Assembly (NCBI GenBank): GCA_033549025.1
Contig: JAWSUS010000004.1
Span: 114,847-178,846, forward strand
From: Desulfuromonadales bacterium
Lineage (GTDB): Bacteria; Desulfobacterota; Desulfuromonadia; Desulfuromonadales; SZUA-540
Direction of reading: 5' to 3'
DNA: 64,000 nucleotides
Position numbers and translations under genes: made by a program
Notes under the pieces: model-generated
What the model saw: the letters and a program-made list of their open reading frames with translations, nothing else
The model's database searches: none
Told to the model about the DNA's origin: nothing
Part shown: positions 17,665-27,858 of the stretch, piece after piece
Position numbering within the stretch: position 1 is the first letter of the stretch
Layout of the letters: each line of letters opens with the position of its first letter

Positions 17665-18443
17665 TGGGCCGTCTTCTGCTGCGGGTGCTGCTTGGCCTTG
17701 TCTTGATTCTGCCGGGCCGGCCGGCATGGGCTGACGAACTTATGGTCTTTGCCGCCTCGTCCCTGACCGAGGCCTTTACGGAACTCGGCCGGCAGTATGA
17801 GCAGGTGCATCCCAACACCCGGGTGGTCTTTCATTTTGCCGGCAGCCAGGCTCTGGCCGCCCAGATCAGCCAGGGGGCGGCCGTCGATGTCTTCGCCGCC
17901 GCGGACGACCAGGTCATGAGCCGCCTGCGGCAGCAGGGGCTGGTCGAAGCGCCCGCCTTCTTTGCCGGCAATCGTCTGACGCTCATCGTCTCCCGGCAGG
18001 CCGTTCAACCGATACCGGACCTCGCTTCGCTGGCCCGACCCGGCAATCTGCTCATCCTTGGTGCCCCTTCGGTACCCGTCGGTCGCTACACCCAGCGGCT
18101 GCTGGATCGCCTGGCGTCTGACCTGGCCTATGGGCCGACCTTCGTGGCGGGCGTGCGCCGCAATCTGGTCAGCGAAGAGGCGAGCGTCAAAGCGGTGGCC
18201 ACCAAGGTGGCGCTGGGCGAGGCCGATGCGGGGGTGGTCTATGTTTCGGACCTGACCCCCTATCTGCAGGAGCGGGTGCGGGTTGTCCTTCTCCCGGAAA
18301 TTCATGTCCCCCCGGTGCGTTATCCCGTCGCCCTGGTGGTCGATTCTTCCCGTAAGGTGTCCGCCCGGCGTTTTATCGATTATCTGCGCTCCCCCCAGGG
18401 ACAGCAAATTCTGGCCGCCCACGGCTTTTTACCGGCGAGGTAG
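17664..18443 (+). CDS. modA: Molybdate ABC transporter substrate-binding protein
   Basis: VFAASSL, FAGS..LA.QI, VPVGRY, GEADAG.VY.SD. Confidence 0.92.
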   Translation: MGRLLLRVLLGLVLILPGRPAWADELMVFAASSLTEAFTELGRQYEQVHPNTRVVFHFAGSQALAAQISQGAAVDVFAAADDQVMSRLRQQGLVEAPAFFAGNRLTLIVSRQAVQPIPDLASLARPGNLLILGAPSVPVGRYTQRLLDRLASDLAYGPTFVAGVRRNLVSEEASVKAVATKVALGEADAGVVYVSDLTPYLQERVRVVLLPEIHVPPVRYPVALVVDSSRKVSARRFIDYLRSPQGQQILAAHGFLPAR

Positions 18444-18446
18444 GGG

Positions 18447-19316
18447 ATGAAGGCATCCGGGCCAAATCAGCCGGCGCCCTGGCAGCCGCTGGATTTCCAC
18501 CCTGAACGCAGCCGGCGCCGACGACGCACCGCCTGGCTGTTCAAGGCAGGGCTGTTCGCGGCCACGGCCCTCCTGGTGCTGCTGCTCCTTCTTCCCGTCG
18601 CTGCTCTGTTGCTGCACGTGACTCCGGCCCGCCTGCTGGAACTGCTGACCGCCGCCGACGTGGCCGCCGCTCTGCGGGTGACGCTGCTCTCCTCGGCTGC
18701 TTCGACGCTCCTGATCTTTCTGCTGGGGCTGCCGGTGGCCTACGCCGTCTCTCGCCACCTCGGCCGGGGGCGTTTTCTGCTCGACAGCCTGCTGGAGCTG
18801 CCCATGGTCATGCCGCCCGTGGTGGCCGGTCTCGCCCTGCTGCTGGCTTTCGGTCGCCGGGGACTGGTCGGCGTCTGGCTGGCGGAGCTGGGCATTCAGC
18901 TCCCCTTCACACTGGCGGCGGTAGTGCTGGCCCAGCTCTTCCTGCTCACCCCCTATTTCGTCAAGCGGGCCGTCGTCCTCTTCGACGGGGTCGACCGGCG
19001 GCTCGAAGAGGCCGCCATCCTGCTGGGGGCCGGCCCCTTCCGCACCTTCTTTTCTGTCAGCCTGCCCCTCTGTCGCCGTGGCCTGCTGGCCGAAGCGGTC
19101 ATGGCCCTGGCCCAGGGGGTCGGCATGTTTGGGGCCGTCATCCTCTTTGCCGGCAATCTGCCGGGACGGACGCAAACCCTGTCCCTGGCCATCTACAGCA
19201 CCTTCGAGGGGAACCCTGAAAAAGCTTTTGCCCTCTCCGCTCTGCTGCTGGTGCTGTCCTGTCTCCTGTTGCTGTGCTTCCGTCTGATCTCCCGCCCCTT
19301 GGCGCAGGAGGGCTGA
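18447..19316 (+). CDS. modB: Molybdate ABC transporter permease
   Basis: LPMVMPPVVAG, EEAA.LLGA, FAGN.PGRTQT. Confidence 0.9.
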   Translation: MKASGPNQPAPWQPLDFHPERSRRRRRTAWLFKAGLFAATALLVLLLLLPVAALLLHVTPARLLELLTAADVAAALRVTLLSSAASTLLIFLLGLPVAYAVSRHLGRGRFLLDSLLELPMVMPPVVAGLALLLAFGRRGLVGVWLAELGIQLPFTLAAVVLAQLFLLTPYFVKRAVVLFDGVDRRLEEAAILLGAGPFRTFFSVSLPLCRRGLLAEAVMALAQGVGMFGAVILFAGNLPGRTQTLSLAIYSTFEGNPEKAFALSALLLVLSCLLLLCFRLISRPLAQEG

Positions 19317-19317
19317 G

Positions 19318-20391
19318 ATGGCGACGCTGCGTTTCGACCTGACCTGCCCCTTGCGGGACTTCACCCTGCAAGCGGCCCTTGAGGTTCCCAGCGGTGTGAC
19401 GGTGTTGATCGGCCCCAACGGCAGCGGCAAAAGCACTCTGCTTCGGTTGCTGGCCGGCCTGACAACGCCGGGTGACGGGCAGGTACGCATCGACGATCAC
19501 ATCCTTTACGATGCCGCCCGCCGCTTCAATCTGCCCCCCCAGGATCGCGGTCTGGGCATGGTCTTTCAGGACCTGGCTCTCTTCCCTCATCTGAACGTGG
19601 GCCAGAACCTGGCTTTCGGCTTGCGCGCCCGCCGTCTGCCGCGCCGGGAGCAGGACAGCCGCGTGGCCGCCATGCTCGAACGCCTGGGGCTGCGGGAGCT
19701 GGCGGCGGAGCCGGTCGGGGCCCTGTCGGGTGGCCAGCGGCAGAAGGTGGCCCTGGCCCGGACCCTCATGGTCGCGCCCCGGGCGCTGCTGCTCGATGAG
19801 CCGACGGCGGCGCTGGATCAGGGGAGCCGCTGGGAGATGAGGCGCTGGCTGGGGGAGATTCTGATGCAGTTGCCCATCCCGACGGTGCTGGTCAGCCACG
19901 ACCCGGCCGACGCTTCCTATTTTCGCAAGCGTCTCGCCGTGCTCGAGCAGGGGCGCATCAGCCAGCAGGGGAGCTACCATCAGCTGCTCCATTCGCCCAC
20001 CACCCCCTTTGTCGCCCAGTTTGCCGGGGTCAATTTTATCCCAGGCCGGGTGGTGGATAGCGGCGGCCAGACCGCCTTTCACAGTGACGGCGGCGTGAGT
20101 TTTCTGGCCCCCTTCGAGCAGGTACGCCCGGGCCCGGCCTGTCTGACTATCTATCCCTGGGAGGTCGCCCTCTATCGCGCGGTGCCTGAGGGTAGCCCCC
20201 GCAATATTCTGCCGGGGGAAGTGACGGAGATCATCACTGTGGGGGATACGGTGCGCGTCACCGTGAGCGGACGGGAGAAGCTGGTCGCCGAGATCAGTTA
20301 TCGGGGATTTCTCGGTATCGGCCCCCTGCAGGTGGGGGAGACAGTCTATGCCATCTTCAAGGCGCGGGAGACGCGCGTGGAAAATACCTGA
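19318..20391 (+). CDS. modC: Molybdate ABC transporter ATPase with TOBE domains
   Basis: GPNGSGKS, LSGGQ, LLLDEP; C-terminal SPRN TOBE. Confidence 0.9.
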   Translation: MATLRFDLTCPLRDFTLQAALEVPSGVTVLIGPNGSGKSTLLRLLAGLTTPGDGQVRIDDHILYDAARRFNLPPQDRGLGMVFQDLALFPHLNVGQNLAFGLRARRLPRREQDSRVAAMLERLGLRELAAEPVGALSGGQRQKVALARTLMVAPRALLLDEPTAALDQGSRWEMRRWLGEILMQLPIPTVLVSHDPADASYFRKRLAVLEQGRISQQGSYHQLLHSPTTPFVAQFAGVNFIPGRVVDSGGQTAFHSDGGVSFLAPFEQVRPGPACLTIYPWEVALYRAVPEGSPRNILPGEVTEIITVGDTVRVTVSGREKLVAEISYRGFLGIGPLQVGETVYAIFKARETRVENT

Positions 20392-20405
20392 AACGAGGGA
20401 AATAG

Positions 20406-21617
20406 ATGCTGAACTATTCGGAAGCCCTTCAGATTGTCGGAAAAACGGTCCAACCCCTGCCACCCCGCCTGCTGCCCCTGGCCGAGACGGCCGGGCTGGT
20501 TCTGGCCGAAGAGACCTTCTCCCGCGTCGACCTGCCGCCGGCGGATAATTCCGCCATGGACGGCTACACCTACGGGTTCGCGGGGCAGCAGGCCGGAGCC
20601 CGCCTGCCCGTCACCGACTTCATCCCGGCGGGGGCAATGCGGACGGCGGCGGTGCCGGCCGGACACTGCGTGAAGATCATGACCGGGGCGCCTCTGCCGC
20701 CGGGCTGCGATACCGTAGTGCCGATTGAGGAGACGGAAGAGAGTGACGGCCAGATGCGTCTGCTCAAGGCCGGCCGTCAAGGGGAGCATGTGCGCACCTG
20801 CGGGGAAGAAATCCGTAAGGACGAGCCCCTGCTTTCGGCAGGTACCCGCTTGGGGCCGGGAGAGATCGGCTTGCTGGCGGCGGCCGGCGTGGCGCAGGTG
20901 CGCGTTTATCCGCGGCCGCGGGTGGCGGTTCTCTCCACCGGCGACGAACTGGTGGAGCTGGGCGCTGCCATGCGGCCGGGGCAGATCGTCAATTCCAATA
21001 GCTATCTGCTGACCGCCCGCCTGCGGGAGCTCGGCTGCGAGGTGGTGACGCTCGGCATCGGCGGCGACGAGCCCGAGGCTTTGCGCGCCCTCATGCAGGA
21101 AGGGCTGAAAGCCGACCTGCTGGTCACCTCCGGCGGCGTCTCCATGGGGGACCGCGACCTGGTGCAGGAGGTGATGCAGGGGCTGGGTTTCTCTCTCGGA
21201 TTCTGGAAAGTGGCGATCAAACCGGGCAAGCCGGTGCTTTTCGGCACGGTGGGGGCGGTTCCGGTGTTCGGCCTGCCCGGCAATCCCGCCGCTTCGGCCG
21301 CCACCCTGGAGATTTTCGTCGCCCCCGCCGTGCGTCTCCTGGCCGGTGCCGCCGATCCCCTGCCGCCCCGACTGCCGGTGCGTCTCGGCGCAGACATTCC
21401 CGCCGGCGGCAAGCGCGAGACCTTTCTGTGGGGATGTCTGCGCTGGGCGGAGGGAGGGTATTGTTTCGACCCCAGCCAGCGGCAGGGCTCCGGGCAGAAC
21501 CGCAGCCTGCAGGGGGCGCACGCCCTGCTGGCCGTGCCGGCCGGGGCGCCGCCGCGCTCGTCCGGGACAACGGCCGAGGTCCTGCTCCTGCGTCTGCCCC
21601 CCGGCGGCGCCCTCTGA
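20406..21617 (+). CDS. moeA: Molybdopterin molybdotransferase
   Basis: NSAMDGY, IMTGA, STGDEL, SGGVS.G, KPGKP, LPGNP. Confidence 0.94.
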   Translation: MLNYSEALQIVGKTVQPLPPRLLPLAETAGLVLAEETFSRVDLPPADNSAMDGYTYGFAGQQAGARLPVTDFIPAGAMRTAAVPAGHCVKIMTGAPLPPGCDTVVPIEETEESDGQMRLLKAGRQGEHVRTCGEEIRKDEPLLSAGTRLGPGEIGLLAAAGVAQVRVYPRPRVAVLSTGDELVELGAAMRPGQIVNSNSYLLTARLRELGCEVVTLGIGGDEPEALRALMQEGLKADLLVTSGGVSMGDRDLVQEVMQGLGFSLGFWKVAIKPGKPVLFGTVGAVPVFGLPGNPAASAATLEIFVAPAVRLLAGAADPLPPRLPVRLGADIPAGGKRETFLWGCLRWAEGGYCFDPSQRQGSGQNRSLQGAHALLAVPAGAPPRSSGTTAEVLLLRLPPGGAL

Positions 21618-21865
21618 GGTTTTCTGGCCGCCTGTCTGGTCAAATCACCGGGTACCCACTGTTTCCCCCGAAATTGCCGCCAATGGAACATACGTGGGTG
21701 GACTTCCAATGGCCTAAATTGTCATAAAAATCCCGCATGAAACGGTAAAATGGTTTTTCTGCCTTCAACTGGTGTGGTATTTGCTAGTTTTAATTTGTTT
21801 TTCGTGACAATTGACCATGAATTGTCGACGGAATGGTGGTCTTGGTCTCATGGCAGGGGGGGGCA

Positions 21866-24574
21866 ATGAGCCTCAGCATCAGGAGCAAGCTTTTTTTCGG
21901 TTTTCTGGCGGTGGCCGTCCTGGCGGCGACTTCGGGCTTCTTTGCCCTAAGCGCCAACCGGCAGATCGTCGGCTATTTCGAGGGAGGGGAGAGCCATTTC
22001 CGCTCCAACGTGGCCGCCGCCACCGAGGTGGCCAGCCATGCCAAGCGCCTTGAAAGCCATCTGCTCCTCTATCTGTCGCTCCATAACATCGAGGACCGCG
22101 CCGCCGTATTCTCCTTTTATGAGGCGATGGGCAAAGAGTTGGCCACCCTGGAGGCCCAGGTGGAGAACCCCGAGGCCCGCCGTTTTTTGGAGACCCTTCA
22201 TCGCACCCGGGAAACGGTCAAGCACTGGGCGCTGACCGCCATTCTGGCCCATGACGAAGAGCTGGATGGCTCCAGCGAATTTGTGCTGGCCCGTCACAAC
22301 ACCGCCTTGCGCAACCTGAGCGATGCCGTCGATCATCTGGCGGCCAGCGCATTGCGTATCGCCCACCTCGAAACCAATTTCCTTAACAAGCAGGAAGCCA
22401 TCACGGCGGCAACGACCGTGGCCAGTCTGGCCAAAAAGGCCGAGAGCAGTCTGCTCTTTTTCCTTTCCCTTGGTTGTGAAGAGGACCGGGCTGATTTTTT
22501 TGATTTCAATCTGGACTTGACCCGAAACATCACTATTTTGCGGGATCGGGTCAAGGAGCCCTATGGGCAGGCCCTTCTCGACCGCATCGCCGCGGGCGAG
22601 CGGAACATGTTTCTGGCCGGACGGCAGCTGGTGGAAATCCGTGATGCCGGGGTGGTCGGGGGGCAGTTCGATTACCACAAAAACGACAGGCTGCTGCGTG
22701 ACCTGCACGAAGCGGCGGCCAGCATCCGCTCCTTGGGCAACCAGATGGCGGACTATGAAGTCGGCCTGGAAAGCCAGCTCAAAGCCGGTGCCGTCGAGAA
22801 GGCGCAGCGCACCATTTTCCTGGTGTCGCTGGTCATGGGGGCCGGGGTGGTCCTAGCGCTCGGGCTGGGCTATGCCATCTCTCATTCCCTGTCCCTGCGT
22901 TTGCAGAAGCTGAAAGCGGCGGTCAGCGACATCGGCCGCGGCCATCTGGAAACGGCCGTCCCCGTTGACAAGAAGGACGAGATCGGCGAGGTCGGCACCG
23001 CCATCAACCTGATGGCGCGCGACCTGCACCACACGCTGGTGTCACGGCGCTATGTCGAAAACATCCTCCATTCCATGATGGATATGCTGCTGGTCTTTTC
23101 CTCCGATTTGAGCATCCAGGTGGTCAACCGTTCGACCCTGCATCTCCTCGGCTACCGGGAAGAAGAACTCATCGGCCGCTCTTTTGTTGACATCGTCGGT
23201 ACCGGTTTTAACGACATGATCAGCCGCAATCTTTTCCATGCCGGCTTTGTCTCCAATATCGAACTGCACTTTCTGAGCAAGGGCGGCGAGCGGATTCCGG
23301 TGCTCTTCTCCGCCTCGGTCATGCGGGATGAGGGGCGCAGCGTAGAGGGCGTGGTCTGCGCCGCCCGAGATATGACCGAGATCAAGCGGGGGGAGGAAGA
23401 GCGCGCCCGCCTGCAGGCCCAACTCATTCAGGCCCAGAAAATGGAGACCGTCGGCACCCTGGCTGGCGGCATTGCCCATGATTTCAACAATATCCTGACG
23501 CCCATTCTGGGCTTCAGCGAGTTGTGCAAAGGGGAAGTGCCTGGCGACAGCCGGGCGAGCCAGTGCCTCGACCATGTTATCAACGCCGCTCGCCGCGCCC
23601 GCAATCTGGTGCAGCAGGTCTTGACCTTCAGCCGGCGCACCGAGGGCCGCCGCCGTCCCGTCGATCTGCGGCAGGTGGTCATCGAGGCGATGGAATTTCT
23701 GCAGGCCTCCCTGCCCAAAAAAATCGGCCTCCGTCAGCGACTGGGGAATGACCTGCCTCTGGTCATGGCCGACCCGACCCAGATCCACCAGGTGCTGATG
23801 AACCTGGGGACCAACGCCCTGCAGGCCATGCCCGGCGGCGACGGCGACATCGAGGTCATTCTCGAAAAAGCGCATGTCGATGCCGCCCAGGCCAGAATCT
23901 ATCCCGAACTCAAGCCGGGTGACTACCTGCGGCTGAAAGTCCGCGACAACGGGCAGGGGATGAGCGAGGAGACCTGCAAGCGGGTCTTCGAACCGTTTTT
24001 CACCACCAAGGATGTGGGGCAGGGGACGGGGCTGGGGCTGTCGGTGGTCCACGGCATTATTAAAAGTCACGGCGGTCATATCGCCGTGCAGAGTACCGCA
24101 GGCAAAGGGACCACCTTCACCATTCTGTTGCCGGTCGCCATAACCTCTGAGGAGGAGGGGGCGCCTGCCATGGCCAGTGCAGCGGCCGGGCAGGGTCACA
24201 TTCTGCTGCTGGATGACGAGGAGATCGTGCTCTTGCTGGTGGAGGAGATGCTGGCGGCGCAGGGATACCAGGTGTCCGCCTTCACTGGAGCCGATGAGGC
24301 CCTGGAGGCCTTTGGCCGGCGCCCGCAGGATTTCGATCTGGTCATCACCGATCTCTCCATGCCGGACCAAAACGGCCTGGAAGTGGCCCGCCAGATCAAG
24401 GGGATCCGCCCTGAGTTGCCCATCGTGCTGCTGAGTGGATTTGTCGGAACCATATCCCCGGAGGAGAGCGCCGCAGCCGGCATCGACCGCTTGCTCATGA
24501 AGCCAATCGTGGCCGCCGAACTCCATGAAACAGTCGGCGACCTGCTGGCCGGCGGGGTAGAGGGCAAGGGATAG
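21866..24574 (+). CDS. Hybrid sensor histidine kinase (duplicated periplasmic helical sensor, HAMP, PAS, HisKA, HATPase, REC)
   Basis: AHDFNN H-box, FFTTK, GTGLGL, LLLDDE...ITD..MP receiver. Confidence 0.93.
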   Translation: MSLSIRSKLFFGFLAVAVLAATSGFFALSANRQIVGYFEGGESHFRSNVAAATEVASHAKRLESHLLLYLSLHNIEDRAAVFSFYEAMGKELATLEAQVENPEARRFLETLHRTRETVKHWALTAILAHDEELDGSSEFVLARHNTALRNLSDAVDHLAASALRIAHLETNFLNKQEAITAATTVASLAKKAESSLLFFLSLGCEEDRADFFDFNLDLTRNITILRDRVKEPYGQALLDRIAAGERNMFLAGRQLVEIRDAGVVGGQFDYHKNDRLLRDLHEAAASIRSLGNQMADYEVGLESQLKAGAVEKAQRTIFLVSLVMGAGVVLALGLGYAISHSLSLRLQKLKAAVSDIGRGHLETAVPVDKKDEIGEVGTAINLMARDLHHTLVSRRYVENILHSMMDMLLVFSSDLSIQVVNRSTLHLLGYREEELIGRSFVDIVGTGFNDMISRNLFHAGFVSNIELHFLSKGGERIPVLFSASVMRDEGRSVEGVVCAARDMTEIKRGEEERARLQAQLIQAQKMETVGTLAGGIAHDFNNILTPILGFSELCKGEVPGDSRASQCLDHVINAARRARNLVQQVLTFSRRTEGRRRPVDLRQVVIEAMEFLQASLPKKIGLRQRLGNDLPLVMADPTQIHQVLMNLGTNALQAMPGGDGDIEVILEKAHVDAAQARIYPELKPGDYLRLKVRDNGQGMSEETCKRVFEPFFTTKDVGQGTGLGLSVVHGIIKSHGGHIAVQSTAGKGTTFTILLPVAITSEEEGAPAMASAAAGQGHILLLDDEEIVLLLVEEMLAAQGYQVSAFTGADEALEAFGRRPQDFDLVITDLSMPDQNGLEVARQIKGIRPELPIVLLSGFVGTISPEESAAAGIDRLLMKPIVAAELHETVGDLLAGGVEGKG

Positions 24575-24589
24575 CCCAGGTCGCCGCGT

Positions 24590-25090
24590 CTATTTCTTGC
24601 GGCGAAAGACATCCGTCTTGAGGCTGGAGACGCGATCGAGAAAGAGGAACCCGTCAAGATGGTCCAGCTCGTGCTGGATGGCCACTGCTTCGAACCCGCT
24701 GGCCTGGATCACCGTTTCACGCCCCTGCCGGTCGAGAAACTGCACCACCACCTGCTCGGCCCGACTGACGTTGCCCGTGTAGTCCGGCACGCTCATGCAC
24801 CCCTCGCGCATGGTACTGCATCCCGCCTTTTCCAGAATCACCGGATTGACCATGACCAGCAGGCCGTGATTGTTCTCCCGCCCCAGTTTCGACTTGGAAA
24901 CATCGACAACGACGGCGCGGCGGGTGACGCCGATCTGCGGCGCCGCCACCCCCACGGAGTGCCCGGCGGCAACCATGGTGTCGAGCAGATCCTGGATGAG
25001 CGTGTCCACCGAGGCGTCGAACGCCTCGATCGGGGCGCAGACGGTTTTAAGAATCGGGTCGGGGTAAAGAAGGATTTCCTGTACGGCCAT
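24590..25090 (-). CDS. def: Peptide deformylase
   Basis: GVAAPQIG, EGCMS, QHELDHLDG. Confidence 0.95.
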   Translation of the reverse strand: MAVQEILLYPDPILKTVCAPIEAFDASVDTLIQDLLDTMVAAGHSVGVAAPQIGVTRRAVVVDVSKSKLGRENNHGLLVMVNPVILEKAGCSTMREGCMSVPDYTGNVSRAEQVVVQFLDRQGRETVIQASGFEAVAIQHELDHLDGFLFLDRVSSLKTDVFRRKK

Positions 25091-25093
25091 GGT

Positions 25094-25633
25094 CTAGAGC
25101 TCGACGGGGGTGATGGAGCGAACGTTGATGTCCACCTGCAGTTCATCCTTGAGGCCGGCCATGATCGCTTTCAGGCTGTCCTCGTCCTGCCCTTCGGGGA
25201 GCATCGCTTCGAGCATCATGACATAGACCGGGCGCTCCTCGCTGCCGACCAGTTTGGTATTGAGGTCGGTGATGTTGATCTGCCGGCGGGCCAGTTCCTG
25301 GGTGACGCGATAGACGATGCCGGGTTTGTCCGAACCGTAAACCGAGATCATGCAGATTTCGCCGCGCATATCGGCACGAAGCTCGCCTCCCGGTTTGAGT
25401 ACGCGCACAAAGACGGAGAGGCCGCTCTCTTCAATGCCGGCGAAGGCGTCGAGAAAGGGCTGCTTGCCGTCGATGTCGGGGCTGGAGACGATGAGGATCA
25501 TGGCGAACTGGCCGCCGAGCAGGGTGCAGCTCGAATCGGCGATGTTGCAACCGAGGCGGTAGAGAACTTCGGTAACGTCGGCGACGATGCCGGGCCGGTC
25601 GCGGCCAATGATGGTCAGGGCAAAATAGTGCAT
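25094..25633 (-). CDS. GcvR-like tandem ACT-domain protein
   Basis: G.DRPGIV and GSDKPGIV ACT motifs; start MHYFALT. Confidence 0.85.
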   Translation of the reverse strand: MHYFALTIIGRDRPGIVADVTEVLYRLGCNIADSSCTLLGGQFAMILIVSSPDIDGKQPFLDAFAGIEESGLSVFVRVLKPGGELRADMRGEICMISVYGSDKPGIVYRVTQELARRQINITDLNTKLVGSEERPVYVMMLEAMLPEGQDEDSLKAIMAGLKDELQVDINVRSITPVEL

Positions 25634-25886
25634 GGCGGGCTCCACAGACAGGGGTGAATAGATCAAGGCTTTTTCTAGCATGAACCGTCCCGCTTGCCAA
25701 GGTGAACAATGCCCATTGCATAGAAAAAGCCCCTGCCGGTTCGACAGGGGCCATGACATTACAATGGAACAGGTTCTGCTGGCTAACCGCTAAAAAAAGC
25801 CCCGCCAGGCGGGAGCCGATTACATCAGATAGGTATTACGGGGCATTGGCAACATATCTGTCGATGCCCCGTTTCTTATGGCCCGG

Positions 25887-27239
25887 TTACCGAGTGAATG
25901 CCGTTGTTACCCTTGTCGCAGTGAGTTCTTGAGCGGTTGCTGCCAACTGGTTTTCTACAGCCTGGATGGCCTTTTGATACCTGAAGACCTCTGGTGCCAG
26001 TTGCGCTGCCCGTTGATATTCCTGTAATGCTTTATGCAAATTGCCGTTTTTCTCATTCGACCTGCCAAGCCAATAGACCGCTGAGGCGTTGTCCGGAAAT
26101 TTCCTGACGTTTAGATTGGCTATTTCCACGCTGCCCTGCAAATGATCCGCAGACCGTCTTTCATTTCCCATCAACTCGTAAGTTTCCACCAGTGAAAGAT
26201 GTGATGCAACGCTGAGCGGCTGCCTGGCAAGAGTATCAAGGTCCGCCTGCTCTGCTTTTTCAAGGAAATTGCGGGCCAACTGTGGATCGTTCAATTTGGT
26301 GTAGCAAACGAACAGATTGCGCAATGCCGAGGCATTGATCGGTTCCTCTTTATGCACCAGCAGATATAATTGCGCGGCACTGTCCCATTGCTCATAACGC
26401 TTGTAGCGATCAGCAAACTTCTCCACACCATTGTAGAACCGGGCTTCCATTTTTGGTTTCTGGATAGGTGAATAATAACTTGCGGTGGTGGCAAAAAAGG
26501 CGAGAAGAGTTACACCAAAGACCAATGAACCGGTTTGCCCGGCCAACCGCTTCGAATCCGCCGCAGGCCACTCAGGAATATCCTTAAGTTCCTGCTGCCT
26601 GTGCGCGGAAAGCAAAAAATTGAAGCACATGGTGGCCAGCGCCAGCGGGATCAGTATTTCAGCAATTTCAGCCTCGTTGAACTGAAGAAGTCCAAGCTCA
26701 AGCACGGCGCTGAATACAAAAAAGGGCCAAAGGTAAAGTGGCGGGTGCGGCAGGCCTTTATTGCTGAACCAGACGGCTAATCTCCAGCGTAAACCCAAAA
26801 GGAGAGGGAACAGCAGCCCATAAACGACCAACCCCAGAGCGATCAGATATTCCATCGATTGCTTCAATGTGGTCTTGAACGGACCGGTGAAAAAATTATG
26901 CAGGTTGGTCTCATTTTGCAGATTATGTGTTCGAAAAAAATCGGGAGTTGTCAGATTGAAGATTCTTTGGCCCCAGGAAATTTCTTCACCGACAACATAG
27001 AAACAGGCCAATGCCAAAATCGCAAAGAAGAGCCGGTAGTTCGACTTGCCACAGGCAACCCGAACCGAGAGCAGCATGGTTGCGGCAAAGAGAAAGACTT
27101 GGGCCCACTCGCCGATCAGATCTTCGTAAGTCGCAACGATATACGCCAGAGGAAACCTTGCCGCCATGAGAAAATAACCACCGGCAATAACGACAAACAA
27201 TCCCCAGGCAAGGAGTTTGTGGGGTTTGGCCAGTTTCAC
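25887..27239 (-). CDS. Membrane protein (GEEISWGQR family) fused to C-terminal TPRs
   Basis: EDL.GEW, GEEISWGQRIF, NLQNETNLHN motifs in 7-8 TM; helical TPR-like C-terminus. Confidence 0.75.
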   Translation of the reverse strand: MKLAKPHKLLAWGLFVVIAGGYFLMAARFPLAYIVATYEDLIGEWAQVFLFAATMLLSVRVACGKSNYRLFFAILALACFYVVGEEISWGQRIFNLTTPDFFRTHNLQNETNLHNFFTGPFKTTLKQSMEYLIALGLVVYGLLFPLLLGLRWRLAVWFSNKGLPHPPLYLWPFFVFSAVLELGLLQFNEAEIAEILIPLALATMCFNFLLSAHRQQELKDIPEWPAADSKRLAGQTGSLVFGVTLLAFFATTASYYSPIQKPKMEARFYNGVEKFADRYKRYEQWDSAAQLYLLVHKEEPINASALRNLFVCYTKLNDPQLARNFLEKAEQADLDTLARQPLSVASHLSLVETYELMGNERRSADHLQGSVEIANLNVRKFPDNASAVYWLGRSNEKNGNLHKALQEYQRAAQLAPEVFRYQKAIQAVENQLAATAQELTATRVTTAFTR

Positions 27240-27403
27240 CGCAACCCTCCCGGAATTAGTTGTGAGTGAGTTGGCAGCATCCTGTCACCACCTGTGCGAT
27301 TGTCTTGCCGATGCCGAATGGCCAGGGGGAGTACTCGTCCTGGCTCTCTTTTCAAAACGGCTGCCGGGCATTTCCGGCAGCCGTTTTGAATCAGCTTGAA
27401 CTG

Positions 27404-27805
27404 TTAGTAGTGATCGCTGTCGGCGCTATCATCACTGTCACTGTCGTGATGGTAATCCACAAAATCATAGGTCGGAACTTCGGAATTCGGGCAATCGCCG
27501 TTCACTTCAACTTTGGCCTGCCAGTAGACGCCTGTCGCGTAAGCGGGTGCATTCCAGGTGTACTCAACCGCAGTGGTACGGCCTTCGCTCAACCAGGCTT
27601 CTTTGCAGAGCTGGCCAATCTTGACTCCGGCATTGTCGAAACCGGTCATTTTGACAGCGGCCCGAACACTTTGAGACGTTGTATTCTTTACCGAAGCTTT
27701 GACGGTTGCAGCCTGGTTGAACTTCACCTGGGTTCCGGCGTGAGCCAGAGTGATACTTACGAAGGCGATGAACATCGCCAGTAAAATCAGTTTTGCTGTT
27801 TTCAT
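27404..27805 (-). CDS. Small secreted hypothetical protein
   Basis: Signal peptide (AHA), beta-rich body with 2 Cys, acidic D/H tail; GGAGG RBS. Confidence 0.7.
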   Translation of the reverse strand: MKTAKLILLAMFIAFVSITLAHAGTQVKFNQAATVKASVKNTTSQSVRAAVKMTGFDNAGVKIGQLCKEAWLSEGRTTAVEYTWNAPAYATGVYWQAKVEVNGDCPNSEVPTYDFVDYHHDSDSDDSADSDHY

Positions 27806-27858
27806 TTGTTCCTCCAGATCGTTCATCTCTCGTTACAGGATTCGTCGATTCAAACCAC

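Noticed and set aside
21770..21785. Possible sigma54 site TGGTGTGGTATTTGCT before the kinase
   Set aside because: -24 element deviates from TGGCAC; too weak to call
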